The translations under genes and the position numbers were made by a program. A stretch of DNA of 64,000 bases from Vicinamibacterales bacterium (GTDB lineage: Bacteria; Acidobacteriota; Vicinamibacteria; Vicinamibacterales; UBA8438), in NCBI GenBank assembly GCA_965242835.1, contig OZ251506.1:3907860-3971859 (forward strand). Direction: 5' to 3'. The notes under the pieces were generated by a model. That model had not been told where the DNA came from. It worked only from the letters and a program-made list of their open reading frames with translations, and ran no database searches. Shown here one piece after another: positions 52,259 through 62,617 of this stretch (positions are counted from its first letter, which is position 1; every line of letters begins with the position of its first letter).

Positions 52259-52339
52259 GACCTAGTCCGCGCCGTCCCCAGGGGCCGGCTGGAGGCGGCG
52301 GAGGGTCAAGTGAAGGCTTGAAGGCCAAGGGAGGCGCTG

Positions 52340-52717
52340 GTGGACATTCTGAACCGAGTGAGGCTGATTCTGCAGGAGACGTTCGAGTCGCCGTTCACGG
52401 ATTCGTACCTCGTGAAGATCAACGGCCGCACCGTCGTTCTGAAGCGGGCGGGAAGCTATCCGGGCATCGACCTGACCGGCGTCGATCTGCATCGCGCGCA
52501 CCTGGAGGGAGTGAACCTGAAGAACGCCATCCTAGTGGGCGCCAATCTGTGGGGGGCGCATCTCTCGGGCGCCAATCTGGAGGGAGCCGACCTGAAGAAC
52601 GCGGTCCTGACGGAAGCCGATTTGGAGAACGCCATCCTGACCGGGGCGGATCTCAAGGGCGCCAAAATCGATCGGGAGACGTTGTCGAAGGCGCGAGGAG
52701 TTGAAGGGGGCGTCTGA
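52340..52717 (+). CDS. pentapeptide-repeat protein
   Basis: GIDLTGVDLHRAHLEGVNLKNAILVGANLWGAHLSGANLEGADLKNAVLTEADLENAILTGADLKGAKI: A(D/N)LxX repeats. GTG start with a good SD. Visibly lower GC. Confidence 0.8.
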   Translation: MDILNRVRLILQETFESPFTDSYLVKINGRTVVLKRAGSYPGIDLTGVDLHRAHLEGVNLKNAILVGANLWGAHLSGANLEGADLKNAVLTEADLENAILTGADLKGAKIDRETLSKARGVEGGV

Positions 52718-52720
52718 GCC

Positions 52721-52942
52721 GTGGAGTCGATACCTTCTTCCTTCAAGCTCACTCTGCTGGTTGTCGCGCTCATGACCGCGGCGAGCTTTGTCGGTTTGGT
52801 TCTGCTTGCCTTCTTCGGAAGTGGCGCCACTACGGAATCGGACGTTCCCCACTTGCAGTCGCTCTTGTCGGCGACGTGTGATTTCGGTTTCAAGGCCGGC
52901 TTCGGCGGTCTGTTGGGACTATTGGGGGCGAAGACGAGTTGA
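52721..52942 (+). CDS. small membrane protein (73 aa)
   Basis: Starts 3 nt after the pentapeptide stop. LTLLVVALMTAASFVGLVLLAFFG and FKAGFGGLLGLLGA hydrophobic segments. Confidence 0.5.
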   Translation: MESIPSSFKLTLLVVALMTAASFVGLVLLAFFGSGATTESDVPHLQSLLSATCDFGFKAGFGGLLGLLGAKTS

Positions 52943-52954
52943 GTGAGAGATGCT

Positions 52955-53317
52955 TCATGACCGAACGTCTTTCTTCAGCCCCGACCGCCGCAATTCATCG
53001 ATCGCCTCCTCGAAGCCGTCGTCGTCGTCGCCCGGCCACGTGCCGAAAAGAGCGTCCGCGTCGAGCGGCCCCACGTTCTGCGCCTTCGCCAGGTCGTCCA
53101 GAGTCGGCGACGTCCAGAAGTCCTGCGAAATGAACGCGCCCGGCGGCGGATCCTTGACGGCCGTGTCCAAGTCGGTCTTCGTCACCGGCGCGCCGACCGC
53201 GCGGGCGATCACTCGGACCAACGCCTCGGCCTGCTGCTCGGTGAAGCCCGCGGCGCGCAGCTCCCGCACCGCGGCGTGCGTGTCGAACGTGACGGTGTTC
53301 ATGGTCTGCGCTCTCAT
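52955..53317 (-). CDS. chimeric small protein: DUF1640-like N-terminus + antitoxin-like C-terminal segment
   Basis: MNTVTFDTHAAVRELRAAGFTEQQAEALVRVI (same start as the 1816..2385 protein), then FWTSPTLDDLAKAQNVGPLDADALFGTWPGDDDDGFEEAIDELRR, a pattern common in small antitoxin-type proteins. An alternative start lies at 53302. Confidence 0.55.
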   Translation of the reverse strand: MRAQTMNTVTFDTHAAVRELRAAGFTEQQAEALVRVIARAVGAPVTKTDLDTAVKDPPPGAFISQDFWTSPTLDDLAKAQNVGPLDADALFGTWPGDDDDGFEEAIDELRRSGLKKDVRS

Positions 53318-54625
53318 GACAGCATAACGGATCCGCGGGCGTGCTCACGGTGCTCACGTGCACGGCGCACACGGTCGCGGCCGGACGTTCGACGGAGCCG
53401 GTTCCGCGCGGCGCGCCGAAATGCGGGTCCGGGTCGACGGCGTCCGCGCCCCGGACGGCCGGCGACAGGATCCTGGTCGTCGCGCCGGGACTCCGTTTCC
53501 CGCCGGGCGCACGGCCGGAACGTGCGCTCATCCCGTGGCGCAGCGCGAGCTTCCGCACCGGGTCCCCGGCGGCCGACGCCGCCATTCACGGCACGTCCAG
53601 TTGCAGGAACACGATCCCTTCCGGGCGGCGTCCGGCCCGTTCCTGCACCCCGACGCCGCCGGTAACGAACTCGTCTATAGTATGGAAGTGCAGAGAAAGG
53701 TGAACCGCATCGGGGCGCATTCCGACACCGTGCACGCCAGCGGGCGGCGGCGCGCCGCTGGCGACGTGTGAGCCCGGACGCGGCGCGGACATCGAGAGCG
53801 GGTGCGGGCCTGGCAGGATGCCGAGCGGCAAGCCGCTTCTTTCAACAGAGGATCGGATGAACAGGCAGATCATGGCGGCGGCGGTACTGGCGTTGGCGAT
53901 GGCGGTAGCGTGCGCGGATGACGGACCAGAAATCCCCGGCGCGCCGACGGCGGACGCGCAACGGTACGCGGGCGATGCGCCGATGGCGCCGGCCAGCGCG
54001 CCGGTGTTCGGACCGGAGGACGCGGCGCGGGGCGTGACGCCGCCGCACCACGGACACCGGCACGATGACTTGGACGGGCATTTCCATCGGACGCTGATCT
54101 ACGGCGACGGTTTCCAACAATACGATCCCGCCAGCGACGATTACGTCGACTGCACGGAGGATGATCGAGACGCAACCGGCGCGCGCGTACGGTGCATCGA
54201 TCATCGGTACTGGTTGAGCGATCTCCAGTCGAACCCCGAGACCCTGCGCGTGGTCGTCGATACCGCGACCGTCTGGCGGCAGACCGAAAACTACCAGGAT
54301 CAGGATGGACTGGTGCCGGACAGTCAGTGCCGCGTCTCGGATCTGCGAACACAGCGCGGTCACAGGTTCGTCGATTCCATCGCACGGGATACGGACAAGT
54401 ACATTCGTGAAGCGACGGGGCGAACCTGGCTCGGAAGCACGCACTACCGCCGTCCTGGGGCTTGGTCTCACCCGAATACCGTTGTGCTTCGATTCGTCGT
54501 GGACGGGTGCGGCGGTGAGAACGCCGCGGCGTGTGCGGTTATTGGTCCTCCGTGGTCTTCCTGGGGGCTGTCGGACGAAGACGGCGGGCGTATAAACATC
54601 GTGATCGATGACGGTTGCAGAGCTA

Positions 54626-56414
54626 GTGTCAGCCAGAAAACCCCCCGTGCAGGTGGAGATCCGGAACAGATTTGCACGATTCAGGCGATGTTTCCGCCAC
54701 GAATCCGGCGGCTCTGGCCGCAACAAGCGGTCCGCGGGCCGAATCGGCCGGAAGCAGCTCGATACACCGATGTTCAGAGCTGAGAGGAGCGTTGCCGTCT
54801 TTTGTGACGGCCGGAGACCGAGCAGGAATTCGGAACCGCGCCGCTCAGGCGGCGCGGTGGCGTTGTCGCCGTTTGCGCTCTCGCTTCTGCAGGATCGACC
54901 CGATGCGATGCAGGTTGGCGGCCAGCACCGACAGGGCGACCATTCGCGCGAAGCCGTCGGCGCCGTGACTGCGGACACGGTCGAGGCCCCGATGCTCCAG
55001 TCCGTTGATGGCCGATTCAATCGCCGGATGGGCACGCCGGGCCGCAACAAAGGCCCCGTCCTCTTCCCGCTCCCGGGCGGCCTTCGAAAGATACCCCTTT
55101 CCCGGCAGTGCGTTGACGTCGAGCAACGCATCGAGCCGCACCCGGTTGTCGGGACTGTGAAAGCCGCGGTCGAAACTGCACGCCCGCAACGCCGGATACA
55201 GGGCCTGCGTCTCCTCAACCATCGGCACCGCCACGTTCACGTCCTCCCCCTCCCACAGGATCCGATGGTGCAGGATGAACTGATACTGGTCCTCGATGAG
55301 GGCGACAGGCACCCCGAATTCCACCGGCGTGCCCGCCTTCCCTTTGGAAATCCAGCGCGTGTGCTCTTCGAAGATCGAAAAGACCTTCTCCGCGTGAGGA
55401 ATCGTTTCGCCCCGCACAAGCCGCCGCTCCACATGGTCCATCTGGCGCCGGGCGTGAGCGAGGAAGCCTTCGATCACCTGACGAGTGCTTTCCCCGACGT
55501 TCTTGTCGCGCAGCGCAGCGAGCGTTTTCTCCGCCCGTTCGACCAGGCCGCGACAGCGCTCCAGGTACGCCGACACCCGTTCCGGATGGTGCTTCGCCCG
55601 CCGCGTCGAACGCACCCGGTTGAACAGATTCCGGACCTCTCGCGTCAGATGGAGCCACTGACGCCACCCGCCCACCGACTCCTGCACGGCCGCACGGCCG
55701 GTCTCGCGCAGCAGGCACCGCATCGCGTCCCACAGCAGGTTGACGTCGGTCGGGTAATGCACGTCGGTTTCGACCACGAACGAATCACACCGTCCGCGCA
55801 ACGGCTCGCCAGGCTTTTTTTTAGCGACCTTGTGCCCGCTCTCCACCACCAGGCGCCCGACCGCCGACAGCAATTCCGGCGTCAACAGAGACACGTTGTC
55901 GACCACCGTCTGGTACTCGTAGCGCGTCCGGTCGGCGAAGTCGCCGTGCCCCAGGAACTCGCGGATCTTCCCGTGATGGTTCGCCAGGTCGTGGAGGCGG
56001 TCGAAGTCGCAGCCCAGGCCCTGTTTCAAGACGGCCAGCACCAGGACCCGCCACAGGTCCATTCCGGGGCGCCCGACGGTGCGGTCGGTTTCCGGCAGCA
56101 CATGCTCGTCCAGCAGCTCGAACAGCCGCGCGCGCAGCGCCTCGTCGCACCAGATGTGTTGCAGCCCCTTCAACACCGCCGGGATGTCGTCCCGCGACTT
56201 CGGGTCGATTTGGATCTTGTCGATCGACACCTGACCGAGTTGGAACTGCCGCTTGTAGATTTCTCTCATGGAAGTCGATGCCGCAAAGGTTGCCGAACGG
56301 TCCGGGAATCGTGCCTCTCACCTGCAAGAATACAACATCGAGGCGATCTTCGCCACTGGAAATCAGGGATAACGTCCTTTAAAATCAACCACTTACCCGT
56401 TTTCTGGCGGACAC
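54626..56414 (-). mobile_element. 1789-bp insertion sequence (IS4/IS5-superfamily, ISNCY-like transposase) with 6-bp target duplication
   Basis: IRL gtgtcagccagaaaac (54626-54641) vs IRR gttttctggcggacac (56399-56414), 15/16 match. Flanking direct repeat GAGCTA at 54620-54625 and 56415-56420. Confidence 0.85.
54845..56269 (-). CDS. DDE transposase of the IS element
   Basis: MREIYKRQFQLGQVSIDKIQIDPKSRDDIPAVLKGLQHIW...GRPGMDLWRVLVLAVLKQGLGCDFDRLHDLANHH..., an N-terminus I associate with ISNCY/IS5-like transposases. Fills the IS. Confidence 0.8.
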   Translation of the reverse strand: MREIYKRQFQLGQVSIDKIQIDPKSRDDIPAVLKGLQHIWCDEALRARLFELLDEHVLPETDRTVGRPGMDLWRVLVLAVLKQGLGCDFDRLHDLANHHGKIREFLGHGDFADRTRYEYQTVVDNVSLLTPELLSAVGRLVVESGHKVAKKKPGEPLRGRCDSFVVETDVHYPTDVNLLWDAMRCLLRETGRAAVQESVGGWRQWLHLTREVRNLFNRVRSTRRAKHHPERVSAYLERCRGLVERAEKTLAALRDKNVGESTRQVIEGFLAHARRQMDHVERRLVRGETIPHAEKVFSIFEEHTRWISKGKAGTPVEFGVPVALIEDQYQFILHHRILWEGEDVNVAVPMVEETQALYPALRACSFDRGFHSPDNRVRLDALLDVNALPGKGYLSKAAREREEDGAFVAARRAHPAIESAINGLEHRGLDRVRSHGADGFARMVALSVLAANLHRIGSILQKRERKRRQRHRAA

Positions 56415-56687
56415 GAGCTATGAACCACAGCCGGATCGCGATGGACGAACTGTACGCGCACGAACTCGGACACGTGCTCGGTTTCCACCACCCGGAGAAC
56501 ACAACCGACGCGGACGAGATGAGTGTCAGCGGATACAACGGGCGCGCGGGTTTCAGTCGGCGAGAGCAGATCCACATGCGGCACGCCTACGCTCACGGGC
56601 GCGGTTGGCGCGGAAACGACGGTCGGCACTTGGAAGGCCCGCGCCGGACTCGCCGTCCGGTGTGGATCGTCGATTAGGAGCAGGCGA

Positions 56688-57557
56688 TTACGCCGGCAGG
56701 GCCAGCAGGTCCAGGTGCCCCACGGTGAGGCCGAAGCGGCCGGACGCGATCGTCGCCCGCCGCCGCTCCGCCCAGGCGCGCACGCGGTCCACGCCGGCCG
56801 CGTCGGCGGCCGGCGCCTCCCCGAGCCGTTCGATGGCGGCGGCCTCCCAACCGTCGACCAGCGCGCGGGCCAGCGCCGCGTCGCCCGGGCCGAGCAGCCA
56901 CGGGCTGGGCAGCAGCCAGGCGCGGTAGCCGGCCGCGCGGAAGGCGGTCTCGGCCGCCAGCCCGGCCATCGGGCCCAGGGCCGGGCCGAGCCCCTTGTCG
57001 CGCCGCTGGTGGGCGTTGACGGAGCGCCGGACGAGCGCGTCGTCCGGGTCGTCGGACGGCCGGGGGTCGTTCGCGCCCGCGTGCCACCGGGTCCCGCCGT
57101 CGTAGTTCAGCGCGAACAACGCCGCGCTCCCGGACCGGCGGCAGGCGGCGGCCAGCGCGTCCAGCCAGTCCTTCGACGTCAGGTCGAGCAAGGCCGACGC
57201 GGTCACCAGATCGGCGTTCGACTCTCCGACGGCGTCCAGGCCCGCCGCCGCCAGGTCGCCGACGACGCGGGTCAGTTTCGCGCCGTCCGGGGCCGCCGCG
57301 CGCGCCAGCAGCGCCGCGTCGTGGTCGACCAGCGTCCAGCTTCGGACCCCCGGCAAGCGCGGCGCGAGGTAGCGCAGGTTCGAGCCGGTCCCGGCGCCCA
57401 GGTCGACCACCCGCGACCAGCCCCCGGCCCGCCACGCCGGCGCGAGCAAGGACACGGCGGCGGCGGCGCGCGAACGGTGGTCGACCGGTTCGCGCAACGC
57501 GAGCCACGCCGGATCGAACGTCTCGCTCGCGCCAGCGCCCTTGATGCCTGCCGTCAC
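56688..57557 (-). CDS. class I SAM-dependent methyltransferase
   Basis: VVDLGAGTGSNLRYLA motif I. GTG 57557 is proposed as the start, overlapping the upstream GT stop (GTGA). The rest of the 56688..58082 track ORF is artefact. Confidence 0.7.
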   Translation of the reverse strand: MTAGIKGAGASETFDPAWLALREPVDHRSRAAAAVSLLAPAWRAGGWSRVVDLGAGTGSNLRYLAPRLPGVRSWTLVDHDAALLARAAAPDGAKLTRVVGDLAAAGLDAVGESNADLVTASALLDLTSKDWLDALAAACRRSGSAALFALNYDGGTRWHAGANDPRPSDDPDDALVRRSVNAHQRRDKGLGPALGPMAGLAAETAFRAAGYRAWLLPSPWLLGPGDAALARALVDGWEAAAIERLGEAPAADAAGVDRVRAWAERRRATIASGRFGLTVGHLDLLALPA

Positions 57558-58696
57558 GACGCCGCGCTCCCGCGACGGCCCGCCGCCGTCGCCCCCCGCC
57601 CCGGGCGCGCCTCCTCCGGCGCCAGGGACAGCAGGTGTTCTTCGAACGTCCGCACGGCCGCCTCCCAGTCCGGCAGCGCGGCCGCCTGCCGCCGGGCCGC
57701 GGCGGCGAGCGCGGCGCGGCGGCGGGCGCCGGCCCCGGCGGCCTCCCCGTCCGGGTCCAGGAGCGAGCCGAGCGCCTCGGCCAGCGCGCGGTCGTCGCCG
57801 GGCGGCGTCAGCAGCGCCGCGTCGGAAGCCACCGTGTCGGGAATCGCCCCGCCCGCCGTGGCGACCACCGGCAGACCGCGGGCCAGCGCCTCGGCCAACG
57901 CCATTCCGTAGCCCTCGTAATGAGACGCGAGGACGAAGACCGAGCTGCCCGCGTACAGGCGGTCCAGCGCCGGGCGCCCGCATTCCCCGGCGAACCGGAC
58001 GCGGCCGGCGAGCCCCCGCTCGTCGACCGCCGCGCGGACCCGCCGCGCGTGGGCGGGCGCGCGGTCGAGGCTGCCGGCGCACACGCAGCGCCAGGGCAGG
58101 TGGCGCAGGCGGGCCAGGGCCGCCACGAGCACGTCGTGGCCCTTGCGCGGCACGACCGACGCCACGGAGAGCAACCGCGGCGGCTCTCCGGGTCCGGGGC
58201 CTGCGGCCGGCGGCGCAGGGTCCGTGCCGGGCCGCGCCACGCGCACGCGGGCCGCGGGCACCGCGAAGCGTTCGAGACCGCGCGCCGTGTAGCCGCTGGT
58301 CACGATCACGCCGGACGCGGCGGCCAGGGCCCGGCGTTCGCGCGCCGCCAGGCTCGACCGGACGGCCGCCGGCAGTCCGGTCTCGTCCGACAGCGGGTGG
58401 TGCACGAGGGCGAGGATGCGCAGCCGCCCGCCGTGCGCGGCCGCCGGGCCGGGCAGTCCGCCCAGCGCCAGCCCGTCGACGAGCACCCGCGAGCCGTCTT
58501 CGAGAGCGCGGAGCACCCCGTCCAGGCTGGCCTCGGCGGCCGCGTCGGCGTCGGGGAACGCGCCCTCCAGGTTGTGGACCTCCACGGTCCAGCCGCGCCG
58601 CCGCAGCCCGGCGGCCATGCGGGCGTCGTAGAGGTAGCCGCCGGTCTGCTGCTCGAGCGGGCCGGGCACGGCCAAGTGCAGCCGGGGCGCGCTCAC
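57554..58696 (-). CDS. glycosyltransferase (GT4/GT1-superfamily)
   Basis: ...[17 protein letters not shown]..., [36 protein letters not shown] (E-x7-E). The GTG start overlaps the PTPS-like stop (GTGA). Confidence 0.85.
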   Translation of the reverse strand: MSAPRLHLAVPGPLEQQTGGYLYDARMAAGLRRRGWTVEVHNLEGAFPDADAAAEASLDGVLRALEDGSRVLVDGLALGGLPGPAAAHGGRLRILALVHHPLSDETGLPAAVRSSLAARERRALAAASGVIVTSGYTARGLERFAVPAARVRVARPGTDPAPPAAGPGPGEPPRLLSVASVVPRKGHDVLVAALARLRHLPWRCVCAGSLDRAPAHARRVRAAVDERGLAGRVRFAGECGRPALDRLYAGSSVFVLASHYEGYGMALAEALARGLPVVATAGGAIPDTVASDAALLTPPGDDRALAEALGSLLDPDGEAAGAGARRRAALAAAARRQAAALPDWEAAVRTFEEHLLSLAPEEARPGRGATAAGRRGSAAS

Positions 58697-59091
58697 GGAC
58701 GCCCTTCGTAGCGGCCCCAGGCGACGTGGGATTCGTGCAGCGTCACCGCGATGGAGGTCACGCCGCCCGCGCCCGCGCCCAGCTTCCCCGCGCGGAGCGC
58801 CGCGGCCAGCCGCTCGAATATCTCGCGGGCCAGGAACTCCGTGGTGGTGTTGCGGCCGGCGAACGCCGGCTCGTCGTCGAGGTTGCGGTAGTCGAGCTCC
58901 GCGAGGACCGCCTTCAGGACGGCGCCGGCCCGGCCGATGTCGACCACCAGGCCGTCGGCGTCGAGCTCCGGCCGGGCGAAGGTGGCGTCGACGACGTAGG
59001 TGGCGCCGTGCAGCCGTTGGGCCGGCCCGAACGCCTCGCCGCGGAAGCTGTGGGCGATCATGAAGTGGTCGCGGACGTTGAGGCTGTACAC
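58693..59091 (-). CDS. 6-pyruvoyl-tetrahydropterin synthase/QueD-family protein (variant HGA instead of HGH)
   Basis: [38 protein letters not shown]...DYRNLDD...[13 protein letters not shown]: PTPS fold pattern, with the third zinc His replaced (LHGATY). Confidence 0.75.
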   Translation of the reverse strand: MYSLNVRDHFMIAHSFRGEAFGPAQRLHGATYVVDATFARPELDADGLVVDIGRAGAVLKAVLAELDYRNLDDEPAFAGRNTTTEFLAREIFERLAAALRAGKLGAGAGGVTSIAVTLHESHVAWGRYEGRP

Positions 59092-59110
59092 GTCGTCTCC
59101 CCCGCCGCGC

Positions 59111-60118
59111 TCAGGCCCCGGCCGGCGGGTCCGGATAGCGGATGCGATGACAGAGCGTATCCCCCGGCCCGGCGGCCAGCGCCGCGAGCACCGCCGGGAG
59201 TTCTTCGAACGGGCTCTCCCCCGTCAGCAGCGCGTCGAGCCGCGGGTCCGCCAGCAGGGACAGCGCCAGCGCCAGGCGCCGGCGGCGCGACCAGCGGGGG
59301 GCGCGGGCGGGCGGCACGTGGCCGACCTGGCTGCCGCGGAGCGTCAGACGCCGGGCGTGAAACGCCTCGCCGAGCGGCAGCGGGACCTGCGCCGTCCCGT
59401 ACCAGCTCGCCTCGACGACGGTCGCCTCGTGTCCGGCCGCGGCCAGCGCCGCCCGCAGTCCGTCGGGCCGTCCGCTGGCGTGGATGACCAGGTCGGCGGA
59501 CGCCGCGTCCGGGGGGCGCGGGCGGTAGCCGAGACCGAGGGCGGCCGCGACGGCCGCGCGCGAGCGGGCGGGGTCGACCACCGTCACCCGCGCGCCCGGC
59601 AGGTCGCGGCACAGGGACGCGGCCAGCAGCCCGACGACGCCCCCGCCGATCACCACGATCTCGTCGCCGGGGCCTGGGCGGGCGTCCCAGACGACGTTGA
59701 CCGCCGTCTCCATGTTGGCGGCGAGCACGGCGCGCGGCGGCGGCACCCCGGCCGGTAGCGGATGCGCCGCCTCGGCGGGCACGCAGTAGCGGTCCTGGTG
59801 CGGATGGAGGCAGAAGACCGTCCGGCCCCGCAGCCCGTCCGGCCCCTCCTCGACCACGCCGACGCTGCTGTAGCCGTACTTCACGGGACCCGGAAAGTCC
59901 CCTTCCTGAAACGGAGCGCGCATCGCCGCGTATTGCGAAGGCGGCACCCGCCCGCGGAAGACCAGGGCCTCGGTGCCGCGGCTGATGCCGCTCCAGAGGG
60001 CGCGGACCCGCACCTCGCCGGCTTGCCTCGGCGGAAGCCCGGCGCACAGAATCCGACCGTGGCCGGGTTCACGGATCCAGAACGCACGAGCCGTCGGCGC
60101 GGGATCTCCGAGGGACAT
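59111..60118 (-). CDS. zinc-type (MDR) alcohol dehydrogenase-family protein
   Basis: ...[21 protein letters not shown]..., [24 protein letters not shown] Rossmann motif. Confidence 0.8.
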   Translation of the reverse strand: MSLGDPAPTARAFWIREPGHGRILCAGLPPRQAGEVRVRALWSGISRGTEALVFRGRVPPSQYAAMRAPFQEGDFPGPVKYGYSSVGVVEEGPDGLRGRTVFCLHPHQDRYCVPAEAAHPLPAGVPPPRAVLAANMETAVNVVWDARPGPGDEIVVIGGGVVGLLAASLCRDLPGARVTVVDPARSRAAVAAALGLGYRPRPPDAASADLVIHASGRPDGLRAALAAAGHEATVVEASWYGTAQVPLPLGEAFHARRLTLRGSQVGHVPPARAPRWSRRRRLALALSLLADPRLDALLTGESPFEELPAVLAALAAGPGDTLCHRIRYPDPPAGA

Positions 60119-60163
60119 GAGGAAATCGCGGACGCGGTCCGGGAACCTTATCGGACGATCGTC

Positions 60164-60946
60164 ATGCCGCCGCGCGCCCGGCGGCCCGCGCGGACCGGCC
60201 GCCCGATCCGCCCCGTCCGCGCCCTCGCCGACCTGGCCCTCGGCCTGCTTCCCCTGGCCGCCTGCGCATTCACCACCTCCCGGCTGCTGGAGCTCCCGCC
60301 ACGGTACTTCACCGACGTCCTGGGCCTCTATACTCTACTGGCCGCGCTCGTCGTGCGGTTTCTGCCCCGCGGCCTGCCGCCGCCCGGCCTGGGCGCGGCA
60401 AACCAGGTCACCCTGGTCCGCGCCACCCTCGTCGTGCCGCTGGCGGGCCTGACCCTGCAGCCGCCGCCGGACGCGGCCGGCCTCTGGTGGATCGCCGGGA
60501 TCGCCGCGGCCGCGCTGGCCCTCGACGGCGTCGACGGGCGCGTCGCGCGGCGGCGCGGACAGGAGACCCGGTTCGGGGCGCGGTTCGACATGGAGCTGGA
60601 CGCGTTCCTGATGCTCGCGCTCTCGGTGCTGGTCTGGCGGGCCGGCCGCGTGGAGGCCTGGGTGCTGCTCATCGGCGCGCTCCGCTACCTGTTCGTGGCC
60701 GCCGGCCGGCTCTGGCCTCCGCTGACCGCCGACCTGCCGGACAGCGCGCGGCGCAAGGCGATCTGCGCCGCGCAGGGCGTCGCGCTGATCGTCTGCCTCG
60801 CGCCCGCCGTGCCCGCCGAACCGGCCGCCCGGGTGGCCGGCGGCGCACTGGCCCTGCTGGTCTGCTCCTTCGCGATCGACGTCGTCTGGCTGGTCGCCAA
60901 CGCGCCCGCGCGCGGCGGGTCCCGGGCCTCCGGAGACCCGTGGTGA
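60164..60946 (+). CDS. CDP-alcohol phosphatidyltransferase-family membrane protein
   Basis: Internal ATG 60164. LDGVDGRVARRRGQETRFGARFDMELDAF = D-G-x2-A-R-x8-G-x3-D-x3-D signature. Multiple TM helices. Confidence 0.8.
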   Translation: MPPRARRPARTGRPIRPVRALADLALGLLPLAACAFTTSRLLELPPRYFTDVLGLYTLLAALVVRFLPRGLPPPGLGAANQVTLVRATLVVPLAGLTLQPPPDAAGLWWIAGIAAAALALDGVDGRVARRRGQETRFGARFDMELDAFLMLALSVLVWRAGRVEAWVLLIGALRYLFVAAGRLWPPLTADLPDSARRKAICAAQGVALIVCLAPAVPAEPAARVAGGALALLVCSFAIDVVWLVANAPARGGSRASGDPW

Positions 60947-61335
60947 CCCCGGCGCCCGACGGTCCGCTACGCCGGCTCGCCCTCGCCGCCCTGTTCGCCG
61001 CGGCCGCCGCCGCCTGCCTCGACGGCCCCGGCGCGGACGCGCCCCGGCCGTCGGTGGACGAGCTGCTCGAGCGCGCCGAGCGCGGCGACGCCCGGGCGCT
61101 GTTCGAGCTCGGCAACCGCTACGCCGCCGGCGACGGGGTGGCCCGCGACGACGTGCTCGCCTACATGTGGTTCGAGCTGACGGCCGAGCGGTCGGCCACC
61201 GAGGAGGGCTACGAGGCCCGGCGAATGCAGCGGCGCCTCGACCCCGACATGTTCCGGCACCAGATCGCGGAAGCCGAGCGGCTGGCCCGCATCTGGAAGG
61301 CCCGCCGGGCCGGGCGCGGCGGCGGGGGGCCCTGA
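60940..61335 (+). CDS. Sel1-like repeat lipoprotein (small)
   Basis: GTG start overlapping the upstream stop. LRRLALAALFAAAAAAC lipobox-like, then AERGDARALFELGNRYAAGDGVARDDVLAYMWF (Sel1 repeat). Confidence 0.5.
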   Translation: MVTPAPDGPLRRLALAALFAAAAAACLDGPGADAPRPSVDELLERAERGDARALFELGNRYAAGDGVARDDVLAYMWFELTAERSATEEGYEARRMQRRLDPDMFRHQIAEAERLARIWKARRAGRGGGGP

Positions 61336-61351
61336 CCCGCCGGCGGCCGTC

Positions 61352-62603
<1,252 letters not shown>

Positions 62604-62617
<14 letters not shown>

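Larger units (their letters stand above)
53857..56677 (+). pseudogene. metzincin-like lipoprotein (HELGHVLGFHH) interrupted by an IS element
   Basis: MNRQIMAAAVLALAMAVAC lipobox start at 53857. The coding frame runs to 54625 and resumes at 56421. Excising the IS plus one TSD copy gives ...IVIDDGCRAMNHSRIAMDELYAHELGHVLGFHHPEN..., a clean 342-codon ORF. Confidence 0.8.

Noticed and set aside
53320-53856. Several 90-200-aa ORFs on both strands (53276..53665, 53358..53771, 52995..53585, 53586..53873)
   Set aside because: Their translations are Arg/Gly/Pro-rich or lack any motif. Only a short stretch (...HLSLHFHTIDEFVTGGVGVQ...) looks faintly protein-like. It may be a decayed gene, but I cannot support a call.
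48300-56700. Prophage or integrative element interpretation of the lower-GC variable region
   Set aside because: No integrase, recombinase, phage structural or replication genes, no tRNA target and no flanking direct repeats were seen. Only an IS and decayed genes are present. It is described as a variable region instead.
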